A stretch of 64,000 nucleotides of DNA from Eledone cirrhosa (lineage: Eukaryota): positions 69,750,001 to 69,814,000 of the forward strand of contig OZ024747.1 of NCBI GenBank assembly GCA_964016885.1, written 5' to 3'. Position numbers and translations under genes: made by a program. How positions within the stretch are numbered: position 1 is the stretch's first letter; every line of letters starts with the position of its first letter. The notes beneath the pieces are model-generated. The model was not told the origin of the DNA. It saw only the letters and a program-made list of their open reading frames with translations, and ran no database searches. Positions 1 through 14,465 of this stretch are shown here, one piece after another.

Positions 1-1930
1 TGGAAAGTTTCTGCTGATAAAATAAGCTTAATTATTGAAGCAGGTCAATGTATATTTTATTATTGTATAATTCACAGACCTTTGAACATATCCCCTGGCA
101 GTTTATCATATATATTCTGACATCCAACAGTTTTCCACAACATCTAGTTTCAGAAAAGAAAGACTCTTAAATCTTTGCAAAACAATTCTTTCTTTGTGTT
201 TGTGAGTACCCCGCCACGCACACACTATACACACAGCGGTGTGTACACAGCCATATATTTATTTATATATATATATATGGTGGCTGCCAACTCGTTTTCG
301 AGTACGGCCACTACTTTATATCCATGTAGGAGAACCCCTACGGATGCGCTGAAAGAGTGTGACTTTTTAGTCCAGCCAGCGACTTGAAAACTCTGGTACA
401 AACACTACACTTGTGACAATTATTGACACATAGTGCTGGGCCCATGGTACCATCTGACGACAAGTGCAGAGAGATCTCCAGATATAAAGCAATACCTGTG
501 CCGTGAAGCTTTTATAGTGAGTAAAGGCACTGCACAAAGCCAGTCCCACTCTCTTAACCAAGATGATATGTACCAAAAAGAAGAACAAGTCAACATCATT
601 GGATACCATCAGGGTTGCAGGTGTTATATCAGAGTTTTCCTTCTCCTAGAATTCTGCCTTGACAAAGGCTAAGGGGTCATACATACATATACACAATACA
701 TATACTTGTGCATATGCTTATATATATGTACATACATGTACACACACACATATAAACATGACTGAATGCTTAAGAAGGCAGTTGATGTTTAATCCAAAAT
801 CAGTTTTGACTTAGCATTCCAGAAATGACCATCCCGTTAATTTTTTAGGTTTCATATAGTCTTAGATAATATAGAAACTATGTAATATGAAACCTGCAGC
901 CTGAGGACGTCTGTCACCCCTTAACAAAAATTGAAGCAGGCTGGTTGTCATTTACCTGAAAGGCTGAGGTATAGTTTTGAAGGTATTGTTTGAAATACAG
1001 TTATGGCTAATGTGCTACGTTTTGGGGCATAGGATTTATTGGAGGATTTTAGTTTGAATTTATTTGGGTTCACAGTGGCCTGGGTTTGGTTTGGATTTGT
1101 TTTCTTTCTAGTTCAAGCATATATGGACTTCGTTTTATTTAATTGTTAGGGTGGTATGGTGGGCTTTAAGGAAAATATGAGTCTTATTTCTAGCAAACCA
1201 AATGACTACATTCCTATGTACATGATGCCGTTTTTAAAGATTTACTGTTCACATATGTTGATGTTTAGGTCAAGGTCAGCCCTGAAACAGTAAACATACA
1301 ACCAAAGATTTTCCTTCTGTTTTTCATATATCTGGGGTTACATTATCTAATGTGAGCCTTATGCATCAAAGATGGTTGTGCCTGCTTTGATGGAAATTTT
1401 GCTGCTATCTTTAGTGTAGCTTCCTCTTATGATTTGTCTTTAATCCATTTGAAGTCATTAAGCATCACTGATATATAAAGAATATTGTTATTTTCAACTG
1501 CAGCATTTGTCTTCATTAATTGGCCTTTAGTATATTCAAAATAACAATGATTATAACCACTGTTAAATGAGTAAGTGGTTGTTGATGATAATGTGGCTTA
1601 GTGACCATCATATATATTTATATATCAGGACCGTATTGCCACCAGCTCATGTGACCAACTAGAAATGCAGATTTTGGCTGGATGCCATTCCTAACGCCAA
1701 CTAAATTTGCAGTGAATACTGGGTGCTTTCTGTTGTGACATCTACACAACCAGTTTACAGTGCCGGCTGGGTGCTTTTTGTCATGTCACAAAAACGAACT
1801 CTTTATGCCTAAATTGTTTTGGTATTGAAACACAATCGACATAGTTTAAAATATGAAGTACTAAGTGGAATGATGGTCTTGCTAGTCTCAATTCATAACA
1901 TTTTATCTCTCTTCCTATATATATATATAT

Positions 1931-2079
1931 TTATTAAAATAACAGATTAAAGTTTAAGCAAAGAATCGCTGCTTCCACCCTTAATGGGATCTTCTGAAAC
2001 ACTACGGTTCTTATATATTTGATATATATTTATCCTTATCGAGCCCTCTTTGGATTTTAGTCTTCAAATTTATTATTAT

Positions 2080-2080
<1 letters not shown>
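1931..2080 (-). mobile_element. Short TA-flanked HHR-like element, family C (internally deleted copy)
   Basis: Reverse complement matches 32412-32545, 20611-20680, 36281-36390 and 63365-63680. HHR-like fold at 1951-1999 with CAGAAGA core and GAAA mutated to GGAA. Confidence 0.75.
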
Positions 2081-2144
<64 letters not shown>

Positions 2145-2829
2145 GAGGGAGAGAGAGGGAGAGAGAGAGAAAGAGACAAAGGCAATGCTGGTGCATAGCC
2201 ATTAAGATGGTGCCTAAAACAAATTAAAGATATGTGTGTGTATATGTGTGTGTGCGTGTGCGTGTGTGTGCATGTATAGGTATATATATGTAAATAAATA
2301 TTTATTTTATAGATATTTTTATTTGTATATATATATAGTATATAGAGTATACATATATATGTATACTTTTATGTGAATACATAATGTATGAAGAGACATG
2401 GATGTGTACATGTTTATGTAATGTCACAAATGCATTTGAAATTATCTAAAAGACAGATCTCACTCAGTCACCTGTTTATATGACAAAGCTATTTTATATG
2501 CTTCCAGCCTGCTTCGTAGTTTTGCAAGGTTTCTCTGTTGTGTAAGAATTTTCAGTGCAATCTTCAATTTTCTAAATATCTATAACTCAGACAGACTGAC
2601 AGGCTACAAAGACAAACACCTCATATTGTACACATCATACACACAAATAGCCATATATACATGCATAAATATATAAACAAATATATATACAAACACACGT
2701 ATATATATAGGATTTCTACTTAAATATATGCATAGACACTTGCATATGAATACAAATAAGCACACGCACATATATACGCACATAACTACATTTATTATAT
2801 ATAAATATATACATATATGTGTAAACATA

Positions 2830-3197
2830 CACATATATTTATATATAAAGATGTATATATAGAGGTGTATGCGTATATATATATATATTTGTATATATAT
2901 ATATATTTGTATATATATATATATATTTGTATATATATATATTTGTATATATATATATTTGTATATATATTTGTATATATATATATTTATATATGTATAT
3001 ATTTATATGTGTATATATTTATATATATATATGTATATATATTTGTATATATATATATTTGTATATATATATATTTGTATATATATATATTTGTATATAT
3101 ATATATTTGTATATATATATATTTGTATATATATGTATATATATATATATGTATATATATTTATGTATATATATTTGTATATATATATATATATTTG

Positions 3198-3234
<37 letters not shown>

Positions 3235-3332
3235 TGTATATATATATATTTATATATATGTATATATATATATGTATATATATTTGTATGTATATATATT
3301 TGTATATATATATATATATGTATATATATTTG

Positions 3333-3431
<99 letters not shown>

Positions 3432-3514
3432 TGTATATATATATATTTATATATATATTGTATATATATATATTTATATATATGTATATATATTTGTATA
3501 TATATATATGTATG

Positions 3515-3561
<47 letters not shown>

Positions 3562-3564
3562 TTG

Positions 3565-3597
<33 letters not shown>

Positions 3598-3605
3598 TGT
3601 ATATA
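2830..3605. repeat. Compound (TA)n microsatellite array with TTTG/TATG interruptions
   Basis: Direct reading; source of the Y/I-rich spurious ORFs. Confidence 0.97.
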
Positions 3606-4274
3606 TCATCATCATCATCAACGTTTAACGTCCGTGTTCCACGCTTGCATGAGTTTGGACGGGAGTTTTCCCACTTGAGGCAAGAGTGATTGTCTTGCTC
3701 GCATAGGACTGTCTGGCAGGTTTTCTACAGTTGGATGCCCTTCCTAACACCAACCACATTTACAGTGTGGGTCTGGGAGGTTTTTACCGTGTTGCCTACA
3801 CGGCCACATTACAGCGTGGACTGTGTGTTTTTTTGTTGTGACACCTACACGATCTCATTTGTTTCGGCCTGGATGGTGTGGCACCGACATAAATTTACAT
3901 AGAAGGGGGCGGTGTGGATGGGGTGGGGGTGGTGGGACGGGGGTGTATTTTGTTAGAGATGCCTACTGACTGTAGTAGGTTTTAATTTGTATTTAGGTAA
4001 GGCGGGTCTTCTCTATTACTGAGTACCACCAAAGGTCTCGGTCCAGTGACATTGTCTTGGTGAGGTGTAAGTGTGTGAGGTCGGAGTTTATCAGCTCGTC
4101 CCAGGTTTTTCTGGGTCTGCCTATTACGTGGCTACCGTCTATCTTTATTGCCCTGCACTTTGTTATACAGCTATCGTCCTTCATGTGCATCACGTGACCA
4201 TACCAACGTAGCCTTCTCTCTAGTAAACAACATCTGATCCCTCTTATTTCTAATTTTTTCCTTAGTTCGTTTAT
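3606..4274 (-). mobile_element. RTE-clade LINE 3' fragment (family 1), 5'-truncated
   Basis: Encodes ...[24 protein letters not shown]..., followed by the 3' UTR and (GAT)n tail; homologous to 31705-32386. Confidence 0.93.
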
Positions 4275-4304
4275 ATATATATATTATGTATATATATATA
4301 TATG

Positions 4305-4369
<65 letters not shown>

Positions 4370-4422
4370 TATATATATATATGTGTATATATATATATAT
4401 GTATATATATATATGTATATAT

Positions 4423-5543
4423 AAGTGCCCACAAAATACTAGCTCTTTCAATTGCGCAGAGGGTTCTATAGAAATAGTGGACAGCTTCCGTTACCTGGGT
4501 GACAAAATCAGCAGTGGGGGAGGGTGCTCTGAAAGTACAGTAGCTAGAGTCTGAACTGGATGGAAAAAGTTCAGAGAGCTTATACCACTATTAGCCACTA
4601 AAGGGTTCTCCCTAAAAATGAAAGGCAGGTTGTATGATGCCTGCATACGAACAGCAATGTTGCATGGCAGTGAGACCTGGGCATTGTGTGCAGAGGATAT
4701 ATGCAGACTAGAGAGGAACGAAGCTTGCATGCTCCGCTGGATGTGTAATAGTAACATACGTGAACGGCAAAGCATAAGCGAACTAAGGAAAAAATTAGAA
4801 ATAAGACGGATCAGATGTTGTTTACTCGAGAGAAGGCTACGTTGGTATGGTCACGTGATGCGCATGAAAGACGACAGCCGTATAACAAAGTGCAGGGCAA
4901 TAAAGATAGTCGGTAGCTACGGAATAGGCAGACCCAGAAAAACCTGGGACGAGCTGATAAATTCCGACCTCACACATTTACACCTCTCCAAGACAATGTC
5001 ACTGGACCGAGACCTTTGGCGCTACTCAGTAATAGAGAAGACCCGCCTTACCTAAATACAAAGTAAAACCTACTACAGTCAGTAGGCATCTCTAACAAAA
5101 TACACCCCCACCCCATCCACACCGCCCCTTTCAATGTAAAGTTATGTTGGTGCCACAACATCCAGGCTGAAACAAATGAGATCGTGTAGGTGTCACGACA
5201 AAAAAAACACACAGGCCACACTGTAATGTGGCCGTGTAGGCAACACAGTAAAAAAAACCCAGCCCCACACTGTAAATGTGGTTGGTGTTAGGAAGGGCAT
5301 CCAGCTGTAGAAAACCCGCCAGACAGTCCACGCTGTAATGTGGCCGTGTAGGCAACACGGTAGAAACCTCCCAGCCCCACACTGTAAATGTGGTTGGTAT
5401 TAGGAAGGGCATCCAGCTGTAGAAAACCCGCCAGACAGTCCTATGCGAGCAAGACAATCACTCTTGCCTCAAGTGGGAAAACCCCCGTCCAAACCCATGC
5501 AAGCGTGGAACACGGACGTTAAACGATGATGATGATGATGATG
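4423..5543 (+). mobile_element. RTE-clade LINE 3' fragment (family 1) with ~110-bp tandem duplication in the 3' UTR
   Basis: FRYLGD...RLYDAC...HGSETW...[10 protein letters not shown]...GRPRKTW; in-frame TGA at ~4552; (GAT)n tail; UTR block repeated at ~5215-5325 and ~5326-5437. Confidence 0.95.
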
Positions 5544-6130
<587 letters not shown>

Positions 6131-6549
6131 TACATACGTACGTAAGCATATGTAGCATGTAAGTAATGGTAAAGAACAAGATAAATTCATTTTGATAGTT
6201 GTAAGTTTAAATATAAGGATAAAACTTAAATCTGAGTTATGTACTCTACATGATTGATTTTGGACAGTTTATATTTACAAATCCATCATGTTAGTTTGCT
6301 GGGCCAGCTTAGATCTATCATGGCCTTCATGAATATGAGCAATAACAAAAATAAAAAAGAATTCTCTCTCTCTCTCCCACACACACACATATACACACTA
6401 ACTTACTCAAATACATGCATACGTACAGTTTATATTTTGTTTATGCAATACACACACACATGCATATATATATATATGTATGTATGTATATATATATGTA
6501 TCTATCTATCTAACTTTATTTATATATATATGTAAATATATATGAATAC

Positions 6550-6606
<57 letters not shown>

Positions 6607-6787
6607 TGTATGTATATATATATATGTATGTATATATATATGCATCTATCTATCTAACTTTATTTATATATATATGTAAATATATATGAATATATATATA
6701 TATATATTCATTATCATCATTTAGCATAGAAGATAGACGTTAAATGATGATGATATATACATATATATGTGTATATATATATAAATA

Positions 6788-6826
<39 letters not shown>

Positions 6827-6973
6827 GAACATAATTATATATATACAATCAGGGAAAAGCGAACATAAAATGATGATGATGATGATGATATATACATATA
6901 TATAAATATAAATATATACACAAATAAAATATAAATATATATATGTATATATACATGTATGTATACGTAAATA

Positions 6974-7007
<34 letters not shown>

Positions 7008-7033
7008 AATATATATATCATCATTTCATCATC

Positions 7034-7110
<77 letters not shown>

Positions 7111-8700
7111 CATAGCAAACTACAACACTTTTTCATATATATGTGTGTGTGTGTGTGTGTGTGTAATACAAAGAAAAATAATAATAAAATTATGTGGAGA
7201 AAATTCAGGAAAATATTTCATTTATTACTGTCTTCACCCCGTCCCCTCACAAAAAGGAATAAATCAAGTTGAAATGTTTAAAACCTAGTGATTGTGATGT
7301 TTGACCTGATCTTCTCTTCGACATTCACAAGTATTGTCGCTGAGTTGTTGATGCTGTTGAAGTGATGTTTTGTAGGGATTTGCTCAGTGTTGTCAAGTGA
7401 TTCTGAAGTGGCAGCTCTTAAGCTGGCTTGCAGATATTAGTGCTTCACAACATAAAATCTAAGATTTTTGTCTCTTTTTCTCTTTTTCTCTTTTTCATAC
7501 ATTTCAATACTGGATGAAATCTTAGAGACGGAATGCAATGTACAAAGATCCTAGACAACAGAATAGAACTTGAAAATTCTTGTTGCTTCAGAAATTGGTA
7601 TATACATAGATTTGACAGTATTTGGGCATTCTTTTATTTAAAGAAATGTACAGTACAGTTAAAGTTGCCAAACATACACACACTCATACATCTGCATATG
7701 TACAAAAACATACACAAATATACACACACACACATGCACACACATATATATTGGGGGACGTTTTTAGTTTAATTGTAAGAGAGACCAATTTGAAATGAAT
7801 TCTTGATACATATTAACAGCTTTAATTTGTAGAAAATATATATATATTATTGAAGTGAGCTCTACATCAAATTCTTTGTTTCACTCCAGGGAGATGATCA
7901 TCAGGCCAGTGTTAATTGCAAAGCCATCATTTTGAATTTTAAAGATTTTTTAACTGAAGCTTCTGACAGTAATCCATTTGAAAACATGCTACTAACCTAA
8001 ATTAATCATAAAGTACCAGTAATGCACTGGGTAATTGCTGGCGTTGTGCCAAACGTAGAAACAATTAATTATATTTCATACAGTAGCAGTGTTTAACTCT
8101 ATACTATTTTATTTTTTATTAAATGTAGTTTCATCAAATTTATTCATATACAGATCTCACTATTATCACTGCCCTCATCATCATGTCATTTTTATGTCAA
8201 CTTTCCATTCTAATATTGGCTGAAAAGGACTTTCTAAGGAAAAGAGTTAGAGCTACATGCCATTTTAGTTTCTTCTTGCAACATGAAGGGACACATTGTA
8301 CCTATTCTAAACTGGTCAGCCATTTTATGAGTGGTATTTGGTTGATGGAAATTTCAAAAACCCATTGTATATATATATATATATATAGCTATGTGTGAGT
8401 GTTGATGTTTGTATCTGTGTTTATTTTCACATGCATACACACCCACACACACTGAATTTTCGATCCTTATGAAGACAATGTAGATTCAAGAGTAGACTTA
8501 AATCAACAAAACTACTTCTCTACTGCTTATACCATGTTAAATTGCACCCAATACACTATGCAGAACTGTTAAGGGCAATAATACCAAATAAGAACTGACT
8601 CAGATAGTCAAGATCTCTCCAACATATGCCACTATTTAAGGTGAATGCAAAGTAGTAATTATGACACACATACCTATATACATACATATATATATATATC

Positions 8701-9014
8701 ATTTCATTTTACGTCCACTTTTCCCTGCTTGCAAGGGTGGGACGGGAACTGATTCTGGCTTGATTTCTACAGCTGGATGCCTTTCCTAACACCAACCTCA
8801 TTTACAGTGAGTGCTGGGTGCTTTTTTGCCATGGCACCTCCACGACCACTTTGCAGTGGAATGATAGGGACCTCAGTCCTACAGCTGAGTAAACTGGAAC
8901 AATGTGAAATAAAGTGTCTTGCTCAAGGAAACAACACATCACCCAATCTGAGAATTGAACTCACAACCTTTCGATTGCAAGGCCAATGCTCTAACCATTA
9001 AGCCATGTGCCTCC
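8701..9014 (-). mobile_element. tRNA-derived CORE-like SINE with RTE-derived tail (SINE family A)
   Basis: Minus strand: GGAGGCACATGGCTTAATGG (A box), GAGTTCAATTC (B box), CCTTGAGCAAGACACTTT (CORE-like), AGGAAAGGCATCCAGCTGTAGAA, GAAAT-type tail. Confidence 0.88.
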
Positions 9015-9041
9015 ATATATATATGTATATAGTATATATAT

Positions 9042-9215
9042 CATCATCATCATCATCACCGTTTTACGTCCGTTCTTCCACGCTAGCATGGGTTAGACGG
9101 GTTGTCCTGTTGTGGGCAGTGTCTGGTCGGCTGACCATGCCTTGCTCATACAGGAACTGATCTGGCTTGATTTCTACAGCTGGATGCCCTTCCTAACACC
9201 AACCTCATTTACAGT
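9042..9215 (-). mobile_element. RTE/SINE 3' tail fragment
   Basis: Reverse complement of 10676-10843, including the (GAT)n tail. Confidence 0.88.
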
Positions 9216-9280
9216 AGTATATATGTTTATATGAGTATATATGTATATGTGTATATATATATGTATATGAGTATATATAT

Positions 9281-10023
9281 ATGAATAGCAGACTGTATGA
9301 TGCGTGTATCCGAACAGCAATGTTACATGGTAGTAAGACCTGGGTGCTGAAGGTGGAAGACTTACGGAGAATAGAGAGAAACGAAGCCTGCATGCTCCGA
9401 TGGATGTGTAATAGTAATATACGTGAACGACAAAGCATAAATGACTTGAGAGAGAGACTGAGCATAAGAGGAATCAAATGCTGTGTGCAAGAGAGGCGGT
9501 TGCATTAGTATGGACATGTGATGCATATGAAGGATGACAGCTGCATAAAAAGGTGCAGAGCATTAGAAGTCAATGCAAACCGCGGAGTGGGGAGACCCAA
9601 GAAGACCTGGGATGAGGTGATAAAAGCCGACCTTACCCAATTACACCTCTCAAAGGCGATGACACATGACCGTGACCTCTGGCGTCACGCAGTAATACAG
9701 AGTACCCGACCTCCCATGGTTACAAGCTGAAGCATATAGACAATATGCGCCCACACCCTCCCACTGCAAGGTGGTCGTGGAGGTGCCACGGCAAAAAGCA
9801 CCCAGCCCACACTGTAAAGTGGATGTGTAGGCGCTACGAAAAAGCACCCAGCACTCACTGTAAATGAGGTTGGTGTTAGGAAGGGCATCCAGCTGCAGAA
9901 ATCAAGCCAAATCATTTCCTGTATTGTCAAGGCATGGTCAGCCGGCCAGACACTGCCCACAACAGGACAACCCATCTAACCCATGCTAGCATGGAAGAAC
10001 GGACGTAAAATGGTGATGATGAT
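9281..10023 (+). mobile_element. RTE-clade LINE 3' fragment (second family)
   Basis: [18 protein letters not shown]...RL*YGHV...GRPKKTWDEV; 3' UTR and (GAT)n tail. Confidence 0.92.
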
Positions 10024-10453
10024 GTATATATATATATGTATATGTGTATATATGTATATGTCTATATATATATGTATATGTCTATATATATATGTATATG
10101 TGTATATATATGTACATGTATATATATGTATATGTGTATATATATATATGTACATGTATATATATATGTATATGTGTATATATATATGTATATGTGTATA
10201 TATATATGTATATGTGTATATATATATATATATGTGTATATATATATGTATATGTGTATATATATATATGTATATGTGTATATATATATATGTATATGTG
10301 TATATATATATATGTATATGTGTATATATATATATGTATATGTGTATATATATATATGTATATGTGTATATATATATGTATATGTGTATATATATATTTG
10401 TGTATATATATGTGTATGTATATGTATATATATGTATGTATATGTATATATAT
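10024..10453. repeat. Compound (TA)n array with repeating TATGTATATGTG motif
   Basis: Direct reading. Confidence 0.95.
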
Positions 10454-10843
10454 GGAGGCACATGGCTTGGTGGTTAGATCATTGGCCTTGCAATCAAAAG
10501 GTTGGGAGTTCAATTCCCAGACCTGGTAATGAGTTGTTTCCTTGAGCAAGACACTTTATTTCACATTGCTCCAGTTTACTCAGCTGTAGAAATGAGATGG
10601 TAGGGACTGAGGTCCCTATCATTCCACAACAAAGTGGTCGTGGAGGTGCCGCGGCAAAAAAAGCACCCAGCACTCACTGTAAATGAGGTTGGTGTTAGGA
10701 AGGGCATCCAGCTGTAGAAATCAAGCCAGAATCAGTTCCCGTATGAGCAAGACATGGTCAGCCGACCGGACACTGCCCACAACAGGATAACCTGTCTAAC
10801 CCATGCTAGCGTGGAAGAACGGACGTAAAACGGTGATGATGAT
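10454..10843 (+). mobile_element. Full-length tRNA-derived CORE-like SINE (family A, long RTE tail)
   Basis: A box TGGCTTGGTGG, B box GAGTTCAATTCC, CORE-like block, 3' end shared with LINE 9770-10023, (GAT)n tail; flanked by (TA)n. Confidence 0.92.
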
Positions 10844-11662
10844 ATATATAAAATCAAATCTTAACAATCGACCTCATTCATTTACAGAGTGAGGTGGAGC
10901 TCATCAAGTTGGATCAAGGAAACAATATGTATATGCGTGCGTGTGTAACTACAGTTAGCATTTGGGTCCTGGCAATAAATTATATCCATTGAAGCCAAAT
11001 AATAGTTATATGATCACATTTTGACTGATTCTATAAATATTTATCTATAACTTCTCTTACCCTCCCCTGACTACTGCAGAGTAAAATGTGCTCTTCAGTT
11101 GGGGCAATGACAACAAGCTCTCTGATGTTGGTGCCACAAAGATGCACCTGATACATCCTGTAAGGTGGTTTGTGACAGGAGGGTCATCCTGCAGTAGAAA
11201 CCTAAAAGGGTTGAGAGGACGCTTAACATGAAGACTAATGTAGGTAGAAAATTACTAGCCCTCTTTGATTTTTACTTTCCTGTAGGCCATAAATACTCAT
11301 AGAGGAAAAATAGGTTACTCTTGTACCAAAAAGTTGAAATCCCACATCAACAACAATCGCAAAAACCTTCCAACTTATAGATGCTCATGCAGAAAGTGAG
11401 ATCATGCTCCATGTAGATAGAAATCTATCATCTATTTATCTATCCATCTATATATCTATATCTATCTAAATATATATTTACTCATATATATACAATTACA
11501 TAAGAAATGTCCAACGAGCTTTTGATTCCTGAGTCAGGCCAGACCGATACAGATTGAACCTTGAGCTGATCAATCATGCAATGCACGTCACAACTCAATA
11601 AACGTAATGAACACCTAATAATTCGACCTTTTTATCATTTCTAGTGTATATATATCTATATA

Positions 11663-12089
11663 TATTTGAATTTCATATTTCTAAAGAAATACAGTGTTTA
11701 TAGATAAACATTTAGAAAGCCATAACTATGAATAGCACACTGGCAGCTAACACCACCAGGCAGTGTCTAGCAGAGCAAGGGGGACAATCGTCGATGCATT
11801 TCGAACTTGACTGGTTCTTGTCAGGATGATCTCTCTTGCTCTTGCAACAGCTGGACTTTGAAAACAGGCGCAATTATATCGCTTTTCGTCTGTGTAAATG
11901 AGGTGATTACTCTCATTTGCATATGAAGCTGTATAAGTTGGCTCAACTTATAATAGAATAGAATTAGGATTTAGCTTCAAACATAGCTGTATACAGATAT
12001 GTATTTGAATTTTGTATTTCTAAAGAAATATGGTATGTTTATAAACAATTAGAAAGCTGTAGCAATGAATAACATACTAGCAGCTACCA
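11663..12089 (-). mobile_element. Retrozyme-like element: ~339-nt unit with ~90-bp terminal direct repeats and an internal HHR
   Basis: TATTTGAATTT...CTAAAGAAATA...GCAGCTA at both 11663 and 12002, with an HHR fold between them. Confidence 0.7.
11770..11845 (-). ncRNA. Type I hammerhead ribozyme (core CUGACAA, G8A change)
   Basis: Minus strand: GAGCAAGAGAGATCATC-CTGACAA-GAAC cagtcaa GTTC-GAAA-TGCA-TC-GACGATTGTCCCCCTTGCTC; extended stem I, palindromic minimal stem III. Confidence 0.72.
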
Positions 12090-12120
12090 CAGACAGACAC
12101 ACACAGAGAAACACAGACAC

Positions 12121-12155
<35 letters not shown>

Positions 12156-13222
12156 TTCACTAACACACAGCTATATTTATATGTATATATATATACATAT
12201 TGCTGTGTGTATCCTTGCCACGTGTATATGGTTTTTACTATAGGTACACAATATCCCTGTGTTGTAAGAGGTGGCTAAATGCGTTGGTGTCAGGAAGAAC
12301 AACCAACTGTAAAACATTCTCTGAAAACATCTTGGAACATCCATAACTGCATGGAAAAGGGAACATTAAAATGATGATGATAATATTTAGATCTATACAG
12401 ATGTATGTGTTTCTAAGTGTATAAAACTGAATTGGAATGTATCAAAATAACTCTTTACCTATTAAATCTATGTCATCAAGCAATATAACCTACATTCATT
12501 TTATAAACCATCTATCAGCATTTGTCAAAGTATTCTACTTCACTTGGCTTATTGAATTATATAGTATTGTATTTAATATTGTATAGTGTCACCTGACAGT
12601 TTCTGATCTCATCTGATTTTCGAATTTGATAAATATAAATATGTCGCATAATATAGAGGAAGAAAAAAAAATTAAATAACAAAAAAAGTGGGTAAGGAGA
12701 AGGAAGGGGCAGATTCTACAACCTTGTCTTGATGGTATATCTCAGTGGCATCATGTGGAAAATTAGGCAAAAGCATTTCTGCAGAGAACAGCCAGTGACG
12801 TACTTCACCTCACAAGGATCCTTCCTCAGCCTGGAAGCACTCCTCCCACTTTTGGGGAAGAAAAGGCAGTCCATGGACTAAGGCTGCCAGTGGATTTGAT
12901 ATACATATATATATACAGCAAGAAAATGAAATGGTCTCTCAACTCCTCGTTTTTACTCAATTGATTACCAAACTGAACATTTTCAGACAGATTTAAATCT
13001 GAATGTTTCGGCAATAAGTCTTCCTATTTACAATTTAAACTTTCCTTGGCATTAAAAATACACATATACAAAAACCATAGTTTCCAGCTTTACTTTCTAT
13101 GCTGTTGTGATCGCCCTGCTTATTTAAACTAATATAACTTTATATGATTACTCCACCTGCAGAAAATAGCAGCCAAATGACCCTGATATCATTCTACCAT
13201 ATTGAAAATAGAAGTTATTATT

Positions 13223-13435
13223 GGATTGGCACTATCGGTAGAGAGTCAGACACCATGCTTTGCAGCATAGAATTATGGTCCTTTACGATCTGAGTTCAAA
13301 TCCTGCCAAGGTTAACTTTGCTTTCATCCTTACGGGGTCGATAAAATAAAGCACCAATAATGTACTGGGGTCGATTTAATCGACTTTCCCCTCCCCCAAA
13401 TTACTGGCCTTGTGCCTACACTAGAAACCATTATT
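13223..13435 (+). mobile_element. tRNA-derived SINE family B (Meta-like central domain)
   Basis: B box GAGTTCAAATCC, TTTCATCCTTACGGGGTCGATAAAATAAAG core, AGAAACCATTATT tail; eight or more homologues in the window. Confidence 0.88.
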
Positions 13436-14399
13436 TGATAATGTATTTTTAGATATATGATAACTGGGCAAGTCATGACAGGTATGATGGTTTTCATCAG
13501 AACACTCGTGTAAAGTTGATCTATATTTAAAAAATAACATTATACAAAATTTAATTGAATTTAATTCAATATATTTTATATTTATCAACCCTTTTGATAC
13601 AAAACAACCTAACCCCTCCCCCTAGTTTTATTATATAAATTTGTATATTTTAAAATGTTTATATTTATGTAAAATCTTTCCATCATAATCTTATGTAAGA
13701 AGTTTTGTTATATTCCAAACACAAACTTAATAATGAGAAATTTAGTAAAGAATTTGAAGAATTTTTTAAATATTATTGAATCTCTACAAGTTCTTCACTA
13801 TTTTCAAAAGTAATTGAAATTCATTGGCAATGACTTTCATTGGGAATATGGTAATGGAAGATTTAATCCAAAATCCAAACAACAAACTAGTAAACAAGCA
13901 AATCAACACATATCAAAATCACATGGAGACCTTAATACTTGGCCTGGTTTGAATTAGAGCTTGCCTTTAAAAAGGTATGGTGGTATTAATTTCTATTTTG
14001 CAGTGAAAGTGCCACAAGGTTTCCTTGCAATTCATCATTCAAAAATTTATAAAATATGCACCAGTTGCATACAAGGGTTGACTGAATAAATCATGTCATC
14101 TTAAATCGGTATTTATGAAAGTCAATATGAGTATAATTTAAGAAATAATCTTTCCACCCTGTGTTTAAGAAACAGGAATGATAAGAATACAGAAGTTTCA
14201 TAGGTTTGAGTTGAAGACATTCGTAGATTATGCTTAAAGAGAATCCTTTTTTCTATCTGTATCAGTTATGATATTTAATTACCTGGCTAAATTTAAAAAT
14301 ATTTGCTCATCTTGGTTGCTATCCATTATAGAAAATTTCAATGATTGTTTCATTTATAAAATGATATTGCTAAGAATTGGCACACACACACGCACACGC

Positions 14400-14430
<31 letters not shown>

Positions 14431-14434
14431 TACA

Positions 14435-14465
<31 letters not shown>

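Noticed and set aside
270-675. GC-richer segment with AGAGTTTTCCTTCTCCTAG, possibly an old repeat
   Set aside because: No clear second copy or motif in the window to classify it.
2817-3689. Long Tyr/Ile-rich ORFs here and at 5.5, 10, 23.6, 26-28, 29 and 38.4 kb
   Set aside because: These are translations of (TA)n arrays that lack stop codons, not genes.
3606-5543. Head-to-head RTE pair as a single twin-priming inversion
   Set aside because: Both pieces carry their own 3' tail and overlapping sequence with subfamily differences, so they are independent insertions.
7860-7910. Minus-strand CTGATGA...GAAA with CAAA/TTTG stem III
   Set aside because: No UH triplet or stem I partner; at best a decayed HHR, so not called.
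10454-10525. tRNA gene
   Set aside because: A and B boxes belong to a multi-copy SINE head continuing into CORE-like and LINE-derived sequence.
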